Part shown: positions 1 to 9,074 of the stretch, in pieces | Layout of the letters: every line of letters starts with the position of its first letter | How positions within the stretch are numbered: position 1 is the stretch's first letter | Position numbers and translations under genes: made by a program | Source: a virus | DNA length: 64,000 nucleotides | Virus record (IMG/VR): IMGVR_UViG_3300008050_000030 | Strand: one strand, 5' to 3' | Notes under the pieces: generated by a model | The model's input: the letters and a program-made list of their open reading frames with translations, nothing else | Told to the model about the DNA's origin: nothing | The model's database searches: none

Positions 1-710
1 TCCGAACCCTAGCTGACTTCGCTCTCCCCTTGGGCTGGCGAGTGTGGCATCTGCTGGCCGGGCTCCCTGCCGCCGGCGCCGCGGAAGCCACCCTCTGGGA
101 CAGCGGAGGCCTCTACCCCTGGGCGAGTCTGGTCGGTGGTCCGCACCCCATGGAGATCCTCGCCGGGGCCGCCGACACCAACAAGCGCATTCGGGTCACC
201 GGCATCCGTGCAGGCGCGCTCGTCACGGAGACCAAGACCACCAACGGCGCCAACGGCAGCACGCCGGAAGCCCTCGTCGCCCCCTTCGACCGCGTTCTGT
301 TGGTCGAGGCCCTGGATGCCTGCGCCGGTGCGGTGTCGGTCCGCATCGTCGCGGGAGCAGTCGTTGTTGCGACGATCGCAGCTGGACTGGGCACCTCCCG
401 CATGGGCGTCTTCTCCGTGCCGGCGAACCACCGAGGCTACGTGATCCGCACGGAGTCCTGGCTGAGCGCCTCCGCGGATGTGGAGACCAGGGTCTACGGC
501 CGCCTGGCCGCCACGGACGCCTTCGCTCTGCGGCACCACGGGCCGTGCGGCACGGGACCGAGGGACCTCATCGACATGGGCTTGGGGCCGATGAGCGGTC
601 TGGACTTCCCTGCCGGGTCGGACATCGACATGCGCGCCATCGAATTGACCGGCGTCGTCACCCCCAGAGTGGGCGCCGCCTTCAAGGTCATCACGGTCCC
701 CAACGGGTAG
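1..710 (+). CDS. hypothetical protein, 5'-truncated (open to window start)
   Basis: Frame open from nt 3 to TAG 708-710; very high GC3; Gly/Ala/Val/Thr-rich, possibly structural. Confidence 0.6.
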   Translation, partial: RTLADFALPLGWRVWHLLAGLPAAGAAEATLWDSGGLYPWASLVGGPHPMEILAGAADTNKRIRVTGIRAGALVTETKTTNGANGSTPEALVAPFDRVLLVEALDACAGAVSVRIVAGAVVVATIAAGLGTSRMGVFSVPANHRGYVIRTESWLSASADVETRVYGRLAATDAFALRHHGPCGTGPRDLIDMGLGPMSGLDFPAGSDIDMRAIELTGVVTPRVGAAFKVITVPNG

Positions 711-1090
711 TGGCCACTGACGAACAGCAGCAGGCCGCCGACAGGGCGATCGACAACGCCAAGCACAAGAGGTTCTGGGACAGCCGGAAGTTCTGGTTCG
801 GCATGGCTACCATCGCCTCTTGGACGTACCTGTACGACCGCATGCTGACGCTGGGCATCGGCGCGGGGGCCAAGTCCCTGGAGATCCCCCAGGAGCTCTG
901 GTGGGCCATGGTCATCAAGGGTGCGCTGGAGGCCTTGATCTTCGGTGGCGTCGCTGCGCTGGACGCCTACGCCACGAAGCTACCCTTCTCGGCGATGATC
1001 AACGGAGTGACCGGCCAGGTCACTCCTCCGAAGAGGGAGCCGGAGGAGTCTCCGCCGGCACCGAAGGCGCCTTCGTCAACGGAGCCGTGA
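710..1090 (+). CDS. hypothetical membrane protein
   Basis: GTG start overlaps upstream TAG (TAGTG); two hydrophobic helices; high GC3; 3' end overlaps a convergent minus gene. Confidence 0.5.
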   Translation: MATDEQQQAADRAIDNAKHKRFWDSRKFWFGMATIASWTYLYDRMLTLGIGAGAKSLEIPQELWWAMVIKGALEALIFGGVAALDAYATKLPFSAMINGVTGQVTPPKREPEESPPAPKAPSSTEP

Positions 1091-1436
1091 TCCCCTCCTT
1101 CTTGTAGAACTCGAGCGGCGGCTGCTCGAACCCCTCAGGGGCTTCCCCGCACTTCACCGCGGCCTTGTCCGCCAAGTAGGCGTTGAGCGCGTCGATGTCG
1201 CTGCTCATCTGCTGGAGCTGCTGCTCCTGCGCCTCCAGCCGCTCCTGCACCTTCATCAGCGGAGGAGCGTTCTCCTGGGGCGGAGCAGCCGAGTCGTCAT
1301 CGTCGGAGGCCGAGTCGTCGTCATCCACGACGAGGAAGGGCGGCCCCTCCCGGTAGGTGTCGTCGAGCCACTGGGCCCAGGCGGCCGTCCAGATGAGGGC
1401 GAGGGCGAGCACGAGGAGAATGGTCAGTTTGCGCAT
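1020..1436 (-). CDS. secreted acidic protein with N-terminal signal peptide
   Basis: MRKLTILLVLALALIWTAAWA signal-like N-terminus; D-rich tract; coiled-coil; high GC3. Confidence 0.65.
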   Translation of the reverse strand: MRKLTILLVLALALIWTAAWAQWLDDTYREGPPFLVVDDDDSASDDDDSAAPPQENAPPLMKVQERLEAQEQQLQQMSSDIDALNAYLADKAAVKCGEAPEGFEQPPLEFYKKEGITAPLTKAPSVPAETPPAPSSEE

Positions 1437-1439
1437 GAT

Positions 1440-1724
1440 CTACTCGATCTGAGCGACCGCGAGGGTCAGCCCGTCCAAGGATTTGCGGATGTAGGTCAGG
1501 CTCTCGTCGAGGCGCGCGTCGCGTACCTCTCGGGCCTGCTTCGCGGTCTCCAGGGACTTGACGCGCTCCGTCAGGGCCACGACCTTCGCCTGCTCGAGCA
1601 CGAAGTCCTGCTGCAGGTCGTGGAAGGCCAGGTAGCCGGCGAACACCATCGGGAGGACGACTCCCGCGTACTTGCCGAGGCCCCGCACCCACGGAGGAAG
1701 CATCACTGGTTTGTCGTCGGACAC
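1440..1724 (-). CDS. hypothetical membrane/coiled-coil protein
   Basis: GTG start preceded by AGGAGTAGCC; packed 4 nt after upstream gene; high GC3. Confidence 0.65.
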   Translation of the reverse strand: MSDDKPVMLPPWVRGLGKYAGVVLPMVFAGYLAFHDLQQDFVLEQAKVVALTERVKSLETAKQAREVRDARLDESLTYIRKSLDGLTLAVAQIE

Positions 1725-1732
1725 GGCTACTC

Positions 1733-2242
1733 CTACTCGGTGAGTCTCTTCAGCACCCAGGCCACGGCGCCCATCTTGTCGAGCACGAAGTAGACCCCGC
1801 CCATCAACAAGAACTGGAAGGGCTTGTTGTTCCAGAGTTCTACTACACCTGCCCGGATGTCCCTGGCCAAGTCCTTCTTCTGGTCCGCCTTGTCGGCCGC
1901 GGCAGCGGCCTGCCTCTCCCCGGCCTTCACCAGCCGTTCACGCTGGTCCTCGGCCTCCTTGAGGAGGGCGATGATCTCCCGTTGCACAGGCGCTTGGCCC
2001 CTCAACCACGCCAGCAAGCTCTCGTTGGCCTGCTGGGACTGCACGGCGACCTTCTTCATCTCGAGGAGCAGCCGCACCCAGCGGGCCTCGGGGTCTTCCC
2101 CTTCCCCGGTGGCGAACAGGTAGGCCCGCAGCAGTCGAGCCCGTCGCGGATACTCCTGGGAGATCTCTACGAGAAACTGCTCTACCTCCTCCTGTGTGGG
2201 GATCTCCAGGGAGACCCCGACCGGCTCTTCGGGCTCTGACAT
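1733..2242 (-). CDS. hypothetical protein (169 aa)
   Basis: High GC3 ORF in a tight minus-strand operon. Confidence 0.7.
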   Translation of the reverse strand: MSEPEEPVGVSLEIPTQEEVEQFLVEISQEYPRRARLLRAYLFATGEGEDPEARWVRLLLEMKKVAVQSQQANESLLAWLRGQAPVQREIIALLKEAEDQRERLVKAGERQAAAAADKADQKKDLARDIRAGVVELWNNKPFQFLLMGGVYFVLDKMGAVAWVLKRLTE

Positions 2243-2245
2243 GGA

Positions 2246-3148
2246 TCATCTCGATCGCGGCGAGGGAAGGGGGGCAACGCACTTCAGGCACATACCGGGA
2301 GCGCGCAGGGCCACCCCATACATACCGTCGAACTCCCCGTCCGTGAGAACGGACCCGAAACAGGTCAGCCAGGTGCCTGCGTTGGGGTAGTGGTTGAAGT
2401 TCAGCAGCTTCGTGATCGGGGGCGCCGACGGGTTCTTCTTGAGGGCGTCGAAGGCGGAGATGTGCGAGGGCTCTCCCCAGTCAACCAGCCGAGTACCGAC
2501 GGCATCTGCCGACGCGAAGCCGAACCACTTCTGCGCACCGCCTCCCGCGACCCGGATGTTCACGCCGTCCGCGTCCACCACCCACGCCAGGCAGTCGTCC
2601 ATCAGATCCAGCGTCTTCAGCCAGCCGTTGATGGTTGCGTGCTGCGGAGGAGAGGCCAGGACCGCATCGATTTCCGGGCTCGATGTGATGGCTCGTTCCT
2701 GGGCCTGTAGCCGCTCGACCGTTGCCTTGCCGGCCATCGCTTGCGCGATGAGTCGCTCCTGGGCGACTCTCAGGTTCCTCTCGACAGTCTCCAGTCGTTG
2801 TCCGAGGCCCGCGCTGTGCTCGAGGCGATCACGGCGGGCCTTCTCGTGCTCCTCCCGCACGGTCTCCTTGACGCCGTTCTCTTCCTGCTCGTAGTGGTGC
2901 GTCAGCACGCGGATGCCGGCGATGGCGCTCAGCGTGAGCGCCGCGGCGAAGAGCCGAGTCACCTCGGAAGCCGTCCCCCATCCAAGCAGTTCCAGCTGCA
3001 AGCTCATCGCCACGAGGAAGGTCAGGGCTGCTGAGCCGAGGTAGGCCTTCCTTCGGGGGGAGGACAGCTGTCGAGATCGTACTCCCGACAGCAGCAGGAG
3101 CAGGGACATCGCGGCCAGGACGATCTCAAGGACCAGTGTGCCGAGCAT
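2246..3148 (-). CDS. membrane-anchored coiled-coil protein with globular C-terminal domain
   Basis: ATG preceded by GGAGTAGCCG; N-terminal TM helices; long coiled-coil; 300 aa. Confidence 0.7.
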   Translation of the reverse strand: MLGTLVLEIVLAAMSLLLLLSGVRSRQLSSPRRKAYLGSAALTFLVAMSLQLELLGWGTASEVTRLFAAALTLSAIAGIRVLTHHYEQEENGVKETVREEHEKARRDRLEHSAGLGQRLETVERNLRVAQERLIAQAMAGKATVERLQAQERAITSSPEIDAVLASPPQHATINGWLKTLDLMDDCLAWVVDADGVNIRVAGGGAQKWFGFASADAVGTRLVDWGEPSHISAFDALKKNPSAPPITKLLNFNHYPNAGTWLTCFGSVLTDGEFDGMYGVALRAPGMCLKCVAPLPSPRSR

Positions 3149-3268
3149 CGGCTACTCCATGGTGGGTGCCCCCCGGTTGTTGCGGCTCTGGGGAAGAGCG
3201 GACATCGCTCGTAGAGTACGTGGTGGTAAGCTCGCAGGGCAACAGCCGGATTTTGGGGCATAAGCGCC

Positions 3269-3529
3269 GTGGCCACCTCTTACGTCTCCTTCCGCGACAA
3301 GCGCGGGATTCACCTGAAGCTGGGCGACACCGCCCGGTTCTTCGATGGTGAACGTCGAGTCGTAGGCTGGGTGGAGAACCTCTCCGAAGGGAAGGTCACA
3401 TTGCGCTATCCCCAGACCCTGGTCCCCGTCAGCTCCGACGGCGGACCGACTCCTGAGCGAGCCGCCCCCGACTCCCCGAAGTGGGCCCGCCGCACTCTGC
3501 CTGCTGCCGAGGTGGAGCGGTGGGGGTAG
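3269..3529 (+). CDS. hypothetical small protein (86 aa)
   Basis: GTG start directly after GGGGCATAAGCGCC (motif-like); first gene of the + block. Confidence 0.5.
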   Translation: MATSYVSFRDKRGIHLKLGDTARFFDGERRVVGWVENLSEGKVTLRYPQTLVPVSSDGGPTPERAAPDSPKWARRTLPAAEVERWG

Positions 3530-4050
3530 AGGCGAAGCTCGACCTCGCTCTCCGACATTTGCTGCCCCGAGTCAAGTCCACCCCCCTCAACCTCCTGCGC
3601 GCGAAGAACACCACCGACGCGCTGAGGACGATGATCTGCTGCTGCTCGTGGGTCACGGGCAACGACGGCGACATCTACTGGTGCGGCAACAACGAGGGCA
3701 TCTCCATCTGGCGATGGAAGAAGGGATACGGCCGCGAAGAAGTCACGGTCCCCTGGAAGACCGCGCTGGTGCACGCTCACGAGTCCGGCATCCTGGTTGA
3801 CCTCATCCTCGACACCTACGAGTCCTTCGGCATGTATCGAGCGGATCATCTCCGTTGGAGAACCATGCACCCCTACGGTATGCTCACGACCCCCGGCGCC
3901 ATCCGAGACGAGGCGCGAAGACGAGGGTGGGATGACCCCGCCCCACCCGGAGAACAGCCAGATGCCCCGATTCCGCCGACGCCCGATCACCATCCGAAAC
4001 AGTCCTCCCGTGGCTACCACCCGAGGCGACGTCCTCGACAGCGACGGTGA
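3520..4050 (+). CDS. hypothetical Cys/Trp-rich protein
   Basis: GTG after GAGGTGGAGCG; strong GC3 to about 3840, then it decays; 3' end overlaps next gene by about 120 nt. Confidence 0.5.
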   Translation: MGVEAKLDLALRHLLPRVKSTPLNLLRAKNTTDALRTMICCCSWVTGNDGDIYWCGNNEGISIWRWKKGYGREEVTVPWKTALVHAHESGILVDLILDTYESFGMYRADHLRWRTMHPYGMLTTPGAIRDEARRRGWDDPAPPGEQPDAPIPPTPDHHPKQSSRGYHPRRRPRQRR

Positions 4051-4432
4051 GGCCGTCGCCGACTTCACCTTCTCCGTCCTGAAGACCCAGGTCGACGGCT
4101 ACGAGGCCGTCAAGAACGGCGTGAAGGAGGTCCTCGGCGACAACTCCGCCCCGCAGGTGGTCGACCTCGTCACCTCCATCGTCAAGCTGCAGGTGGGCGA
4201 GGACGAGGCCCACAGCCCGATGCTGAAGAGCCTCGTCGACGACCTCGGGGTCGACGAGGACGAGGTGGAGCTCGCCCAGGACATCATCCTGGCGGGCCTC
4301 GACATCACCGCCCTCATCGCCCAGGCCGTCAACAGCGGCAACCCGAAGGCGGTGCTGTGGCAGATCATGGGGCAGGTCAGCCAGATCATCCCCGAGCTCG
4401 AAGCGGACATCGCCGCGATCAAGCAGGGCTGA
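3929..4432 (+). CDS. hypothetical acidic protein (167 aa)
   Basis: ATG after GAGGGTGGG; high GC3 from the start; +1 frame relative to the upstream ORF. Confidence 0.6.
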   Translation, partial: GMTPPHPENSQMPRFRRRPITIRNSPPVATTRGDVLDSDGEAVADFTFSVLKTQVDGYEAVKNGVKEVLGDNSAPQVVDLVTSIVKLQVGEDEAHSPMLKSLVDDLGVDEDEVELAQDIILAGLDITALIAQAVNSGNPKAVLWQIMGQVSQIIPELEADIAAIKQG

Positions 4433-4512
4433 GGCCGTCGGAGGAAGCGCTGGTCCTGTCGGCGCTTCCTCCGGTACTCTGCCCAGTGTCCATTCCCTCG
4501 AAAGGAGCCCAG

Positions 4513-4794
4513 GTGGCTCATCCGTCTGTGCAGATCCCCGTCCTGTGCGAGGGGAAGCTCCAGCCGAACCCCGCCGTCATCAGCGCCAGCGAAGGCGACG
4601 TGACGATCCTGGTGGGCGCCAGCGCGCTGGTCTACCCCCGCACCGGAGTGGTGCGTCAGCTCATCAACCACTGCTACGAGGCCGACACGGTCCTGCAGGA
4701 CCACCTCCCCTACAAGGTCAAGACCTTCCAGCTCCTGGCAGCCCTCAAGAGGCTCGGGGTGTTCGGGCAGCGAGCGCGAGGCTGTGCCGCGTGA
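4513..4794 (+). CDS. hypothetical protein (93 aa)
   Basis: GTG 5 nt after AAGGAG; overlaps the ligase start by 11 nt. Confidence 0.55.
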   Translation: MAHPSVQIPVLCEGKLQPNPAVISASEGDVTILVGASALVYPRTGVVRQLINHCYEADTVLQDHLPYKVKTFQLLAALKRLGVFGQRARGCAA

Positions 4795-6991
4795 TCTCAA
4801 ACCGCTGAAGGAGTTCGCCCCGGGCCTACCTGAGAAAGGTCGGGCCCGGGGTCTCCCTGCGGTCAAGGGGCGCCAGACCTGGGAACTGGCAGTACAAGAC
4901 CACGACGCTCATCGAGCGGGCAGGCACTTTGATCTTAGGTTGGGAGACCCCTCGACGGGTGTCGCGCACTCCTGGGCGTTGCCCAAGGCGAAGCTCCCCG
5001 GCCCCGGGGAGCGCCCCGTGCTCGCGGTACAGCAAGGCGACCACACCTTGGAGTACATGGACTTCCGCGGGAAGATCCCCTCGGGGTACGGCGCTGGGAC
5101 CGTGAAGCGGCATCTGCGGGACCAGGCGGAGGTCTTCCACGCAGATCCCGACAAGATCAAGTTCAACCACTACCGCGGCTCGGGGCACGACGAGTACATC
5201 CTGCGGCGCACCAAGGACAAGAACTGGCTGCTGCAGAACGTGACTCGGCACTCGGGGCGCACACCCGCCATGCCCAAGCCCAAGTACAAGGAGGAGAAGC
5301 GCGAGGCCCAGCTGACCCCCGAGGATGAGGGCAAGGTCTGGGCGCCGAAGGCGGACGGGTCTCACAACGTCTTCGTGCTGGAGAAGGGGAGGCCGATCCG
5401 TGCCTTCTCACACAGGCCGGCGAAGGCGCGGCGCACTGGCCTGATCGAGCACTCCCACAAGGTCCCCGGCCTGATGGACAAGAAGGTCCCCTCTCACCTG
5501 GATGGCACGATCGTCCGTGGGGAGATCTTCGCACGCCCGCATGGAGGAGGGCGACCTCTCCCTGCTGAGCGAGTCAGCGGCCTGCTCAACGCAGGGGTCT
5601 GGAAGTCCCGGAAGGGGCAGGAAGAGCACGGTCCGCTCGAGGTCATGACCTTCGACGTCGCCAGGTACCGCGGCAAGGACATGTCGGCTGCGCCCTACTC
5701 CGAGAAGCTGCGAGTGCTGAAGCAGGTCCAGGCGGAGTTCCCCGGCCTCAAGAGGACCCCAGTGGCCCGGACGAAGTCGGAGAAGCTCCAGATGCTGGAG
5801 GCCATCCGGCGCAAGGAGCACCCGCTCACCGATGAGGGCATCGTCGAGTGGGATCTCGCCGAGGGCACGAGGCCGAAGAAGTACAAGTTCAAGCCGGACG
5901 AGGACCTGGAGATCGTCGGCTTCTTCAAGACCAAGGGGGGCAAGTACGAGGGCACGCACGTCGGCGGCGTGCTGGTCAAGGACCCCAAGGGCAACGTCAG
6001 TCGTGTCGGCACCGGCTTCACCGACGACTTCCGCCGGCTGGCCCACGAGAAGCCCGAGCTCCTCATCGGGCGCACAGCCAAGATCACCTCGATGGGCAAG
6101 TACCCCAGCGGCAAGCTCCGCATCCCCTCCTTCCAGGGCTTGCACCCCGAGAAGAACGACCCCGACGACCTCAAGAAGCTCGAGGAGGCCGGGGTAACGC
6201 TGGAGCAGATGACCCGCACGAAGAAGGCGCACATCACCATCCTCACGGGCGGCATGGGAGCAGGCAAGAGCACTTGGGCCGAGAAGCATCGGGGCAAGTT
6301 CGACTTGGTCCTGGGGACAGACACGGGCAGCCCAGACGGGAAGGGCGGGTACAGCAGCCCCTCGAAAGAGACGAGGGACCGCATTCGCCAGGAGAAGGAT
6401 GAGCAGGCACTTGCGGCCCACAGGGCAGGGAAGCGAGTGTTGCTGGAGGGTTTCCCCAAGGGGATTCTCCAACACCCGAGGTCTCTGGCCGCAGCCGATC
6501 AACGGCTGGTCATGGGGACAGGGCCCGTGAGAAGGCTGTTCCGTGTCGCGAAGCGCTCAAGGCAGCGGGGAACCTCCACGCTAGAGGATTTGGCCTACGC
6601 AGCTGGGACGTTCAAAACGGACCGGGAGAGCTACAGGAAGATCAAAGAGCACGGGCCCCTCACAAAGGTGGCCTCAGCACTGCTGCGCGGGAAGACGGCC
6701 GCCCTGCTCCCACTCAACAAGCCCGTCGTCGTCTCCAAGACGAAGCAGAAGCACATCGACAGCTGGGAGAAGCGCAAGGGCAAGGAGGACCTGGTCTCGA
6801 CCAACCTGGGCACCGTGGCGTACAACCCCAGCAGGAAGACGATGCACGTGGAGTTCGCCAAGGGTGGCCTGTACAGGTACTCCGGGGTCTCCCCGGAGAC
6901 CTACGCCGGCGTGCTGAAGGCGAAGTCCCACGGCAAGCACTTCCACAAGCACGTGAAGGAGCCGGGGTTCCGGTACAGGAGGCTGGTGTGA
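4784..6991 (+). CDS. multidomain nucleic-acid repair enzyme: LigD-type 3'-phosphoesterase + ATP-dependent ligase + P-loop polynucleotide-kinase-like + KTSC domain
   Basis: PE motifs (HFDLRLGD, SWALPKA, FRGKIPSGYGAG); ligase motifs I KADG, III HLDGTIV, IV DEGIVEW, V KKYKFK, plus VGTGFTD; Walker A ILTGGMGAGKST; C-terminal KTSC-like YRYSGVSPETYAGVLKAKSHGKHF. Confidence 0.85.
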   Translation: MPRDLKPLKEFAPGLPEKGRARGLPAVKGRQTWELAVQDHDAHRAGRHFDLRLGDPSTGVAHSWALPKAKLPGPGERPVLAVQQGDHTLEYMDFRGKIPSGYGAGTVKRHLRDQAEVFHADPDKIKFNHYRGSGHDEYILRRTKDKNWLLQNVTRHSGRTPAMPKPKYKEEKREAQLTPEDEGKVWAPKADGSHNVFVLEKGRPIRAFSHRPAKARRTGLIEHSHKVPGLMDKKVPSHLDGTIVRGEIFARPHGGGRPLPAERVSGLLNAGVWKSRKGQEEHGPLEVMTFDVARYRGKDMSAAPYSEKLRVLKQVQAEFPGLKRTPVARTKSEKLQMLEAIRRKEHPLTDEGIVEWDLAEGTRPKKYKFKPDEDLEIVGFFKTKGGKYEGTHVGGVLVKDPKGNVSRVGTGFTDDFRRLAHEKPELLIGRTAKITSMGKYPSGKLRIPSFQGLHPEKNDPDDLKKLEEAGVTLEQMTRTKKAHITILTGGMGAGKSTWAEKHRGKFDLVLGTDTGSPDGKGGYSSPSKETRDRIRQEKDEQALAAHRAGKRVLLEGFPKGILQHPRSLAAADQRLVMGTGPVRRLFRVAKRSRQRGTSTLEDLAYAAGTFKTDRESYRKIKEHGPLTKVASALLRGKTAALLPLNKPVVVSKTKQKHIDSWEKRKGKEDLVSTNLGTVAYNPSRKTMHVEFAKGGLYRYSGVSPETYAGVLKAKSHGKHFHKHVKEPGFRYRRLV

Positions 6992-7824
6992 TCATCCGAA
7001 ACGCCCTCGCAGAGGAGATCTTCAAGCTCGCCGCTCCCGTAGAGGAGTCCCCCGAAGGCGCCTCCCCCTCCTCGGGCGAGAGCGAGCTGAAGGAGGGCCC
7101 CTCAGAGTACTGGACCCAGCGCCGGCAGAAGGCTCGAGCGCACCGCGTCTTCAAGAACCTCCACGGACGCATGCGAACCGAAGGCGTGCTCACCGGGGCA
7201 GGCAAGTACCGCGTGGCCGTCCCGAAGCACGTGCTGACCAAGCAGGACCTCGAGAAGCACCTGGGCTTCGTGCCGGTCAACATCGCCGTGCCGGAATCGG
7301 GACAGCGGCAGTTCGGCAGCTGGAGGCACCCCTACCACAACAACCACGTGCACGATCACGACTCGCACTGGGTCATGCACGAGGACGATCACGCGTCGAC
7401 GACGATGCTGATGCACAAGCGAAAGCTCGAGCTGGCGAAGATCCGAGAAGCTCGGCGGTCGGGTGGCGGCGGGGGCGGAAGAAAGGGCAAGGACATCCCC
7501 GGCCTGGGCGACATCGCCAAGACCACCATCCAGGGCATGCCGCACCTCATCGGTGAAGGCGGGCCCGGCATCCTCTCGTACACGAAGAACCGCATCCTCG
7601 GCCGAGAGGGCATGCTCTCCATCGTGCAGAAGGGGCTGCCCAAGCAGTACCACCGGCGCGTGCGGCGGATGAAGGCGAGCCCGACCTACCAGCGGGCGGC
7701 GGCAGGCAGCCACGATGCCCGGGAGCAGATGCGGCACGTGGGCCGCCACGCCAACCAGATGCGGCAGAGCGCCATGCGGAAGCAGGCCGCCCTGGACGAG
7801 CTCCGTCGCTGGAGGAAATCGTAG
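6988..7824 (+). CDS. hypothetical His-rich protein coupled to the repair enzyme
   Basis: GTG overlaps ligase stop (GTGA); HPYHNNHVHDHDSHWVMHEDDH cluster; G6 linker; basic C-terminus. Confidence 0.7.
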   Translation: MIIRNALAEEIFKLAAPVEESPEGASPSSGESELKEGPSEYWTQRRQKARAHRVFKNLHGRMRTEGVLTGAGKYRVAVPKHVLTKQDLEKHLGFVPVNIAVPESGQRQFGSWRHPYHNNHVHDHDSHWVMHEDDHASTTMLMHKRKLELAKIREARRSGGGGGGRKGKDIPGLGDIAKTTIQGMPHLIGEGGPGILSYTKNRILGREGMLSIVQKGLPKQYHRRVRRMKASPTYQRAAAGSHDAREQMRHVGRHANQMRQSAMRKQAALDELRRWRKS

Positions 7825-7834
7825 ATCTCCTGTG

Positions 7835-7867
7835 GGATGAGTAGAGTACTGATCCCCAGGAGGCTGC
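7835..7867 (+). promoter_or_regulatory. plus-strand copy of the start-associated cassette
   Basis: GGGATGAGTAGAGTACTGATCCCCAGGAGGCTGCATG. Confidence 0.5.
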
Positions 7868-8407
7868 ATGCACGGATGGGCGCGCGACCTACGTCGCGGC
7901 GATCTCTTGGAGCTGGTTGAGAAGGCGAACGGCACGCGACGTGTCCGGTACCGAGTAGGAGATCCTCTTAGCCGGGGAGACCACCGCGTCGGGTGGGACA
8001 TGCAGATGGTCGGCCCCAGCGGCGACACCATCGGCAAGGCCGTCCCCTACTACGACGCGGACATCGAGTCCGCCTTCCACCAGCTCCACCTCGACAACAA
8101 CCGCTACCCCTACGGCACGCGCGCCCTCCTCATGGTGCACATCACCTACGACGACGGACACGTCGCGCCGCAGCCGTGGGTAGAGGGGTCTGAGTGCCCT
8201 GTGGAGAGCTTCGAGGGGGCGAGCTTCGAGTACCGGGGCCAAGTCGATGCCCGGGCCGCCGGACTCCCTCCTGAGGAACTCTGGGCGCACCAGGACGAGC
8301 TCGTCCTGGGCAACTACCGATTCGTGGGGGCGGGCGGCGAGCTCCGCCCCTCTCCCCGAGACAGCTCCAGCAGCAGGCGCCGCATCCGGCGTTTCCGAGG
8401 ACGATGA
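7868..8407 (+). CDS. hypothetical protein (start possibly about 8002)
   Basis: Preceded by the + strand motif copy GGGATGAGTAGAGTACTGATCCCCAGGAGG; GC3 rises after about 8000. Confidence 0.6.
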   Translation: MHGWARDLRRGDLLELVEKANGTRRVRYRVGDPLSRGDHRVGWDMQMVGPSGDTIGKAVPYYDADIESAFHQLHLDNNRYPYGTRALLMVHITYDDGHVAPQPWVEGSECPVESFEGASFEYRGQVDARAAGLPPEELWAHQDELVLGNYRFVGAGGELRPSPRDSSSSRRRIRRFRGR

Positions 8408-8793
8408 CCGCACTGGATTACATCTGGAACTGGACGGGCCGCTGGGCCCTGAAGCTACTCGCCCTCGTGGGCGAAGAGGAGGCCGTCGTGGCCCAAGAAG
8501 AGATCATGCTCGGCAGCAGGCCGTGCGCGTCCATCACCCTGACCTCGAAGCACTTCGAGGTCATCGAGGACACGAAGGAGGCCCTCATCGGGGGCAGCAT
8601 CTACATCAACGGCAAGCAGCACCACCTGATGGGGCTGAAGGTCGTGGACAAGGACGGGGAGTGGGTCCCCGTGCACGACCCGGACGGGTGGTACGACTCC
8701 GTCTGTGCCCTCGACCAGATCAAGTTCGGCGTCACGGAGATCGAGGGCCTGGACGGGCTCTGGATCCTCTGGACCCACCCCGCGGAGCACTGA
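8404..8793 (+). CDS. hypothetical protein (129 aa)
   Basis: ATGA overlap with upstream gene; high GC3. Confidence 0.7.
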   Translation: MTALDYIWNWTGRWALKLLALVGEEEAVVAQEEIMLGSRPCASITLTSKHFEVIEDTKEALIGGSIYINGKQHHLMGLKVVDKDGEWVPVHDPDGWYDSVCALDQIKFGVTEIEGLDGLWILWTHPAEH

Positions 8794-9074
8794 TGCTGCG
8801 GCTCAACCTGCCGAGGCTCACCGAGGACCTCAGGAACAGGCTCAACGGCTGGCGAGTGGCGTACGTGAACATCGAGGAGGCCCGGACGATCGGGACCTTC
8901 GACCCGCCGTGTGCGTACATCAAGCTCACGAACTGCCTCGGCTATGTGGACGTGGTCGCAGACGGCGAGGTCTTCCTGGACAACGAGAACTGGCAGATGC
9001 CGCTCAAGAGCTTCAAGAAGCAGAAGCACGCCGCGGCCTGGCTGGTCACGCGGCTGGCGAAGGGGAACCAATGA
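8793..9074 (+). CDS. hypothetical protein (93 aa)
   Basis: TGATG overlap with upstream gene; high GC3. Confidence 0.6.
   Translation: MLRLNLPRLTEDLRNRLNGWRVAYVNIEEARTIGTFDPPCAYIKLTNCLGYVDVVADGEVFLDNENWQMPLKSFKKQKHAAAWLVTRLAKGNQ

Noticed and set aside
8247-9074. 275-aa + ORF and many other long Arg/Pro/Gly-rich ORFs (for example 5408..6502 -, 36933..37922 -, 46893..48032 -, 19995..21230 -, 12507..13820 -)
   Set aside because: Arg/Pro/Ala-rich translations typical of off-frame reading of 67% GC DNA. They overlap well-supported genes that have much higher third-position GC.
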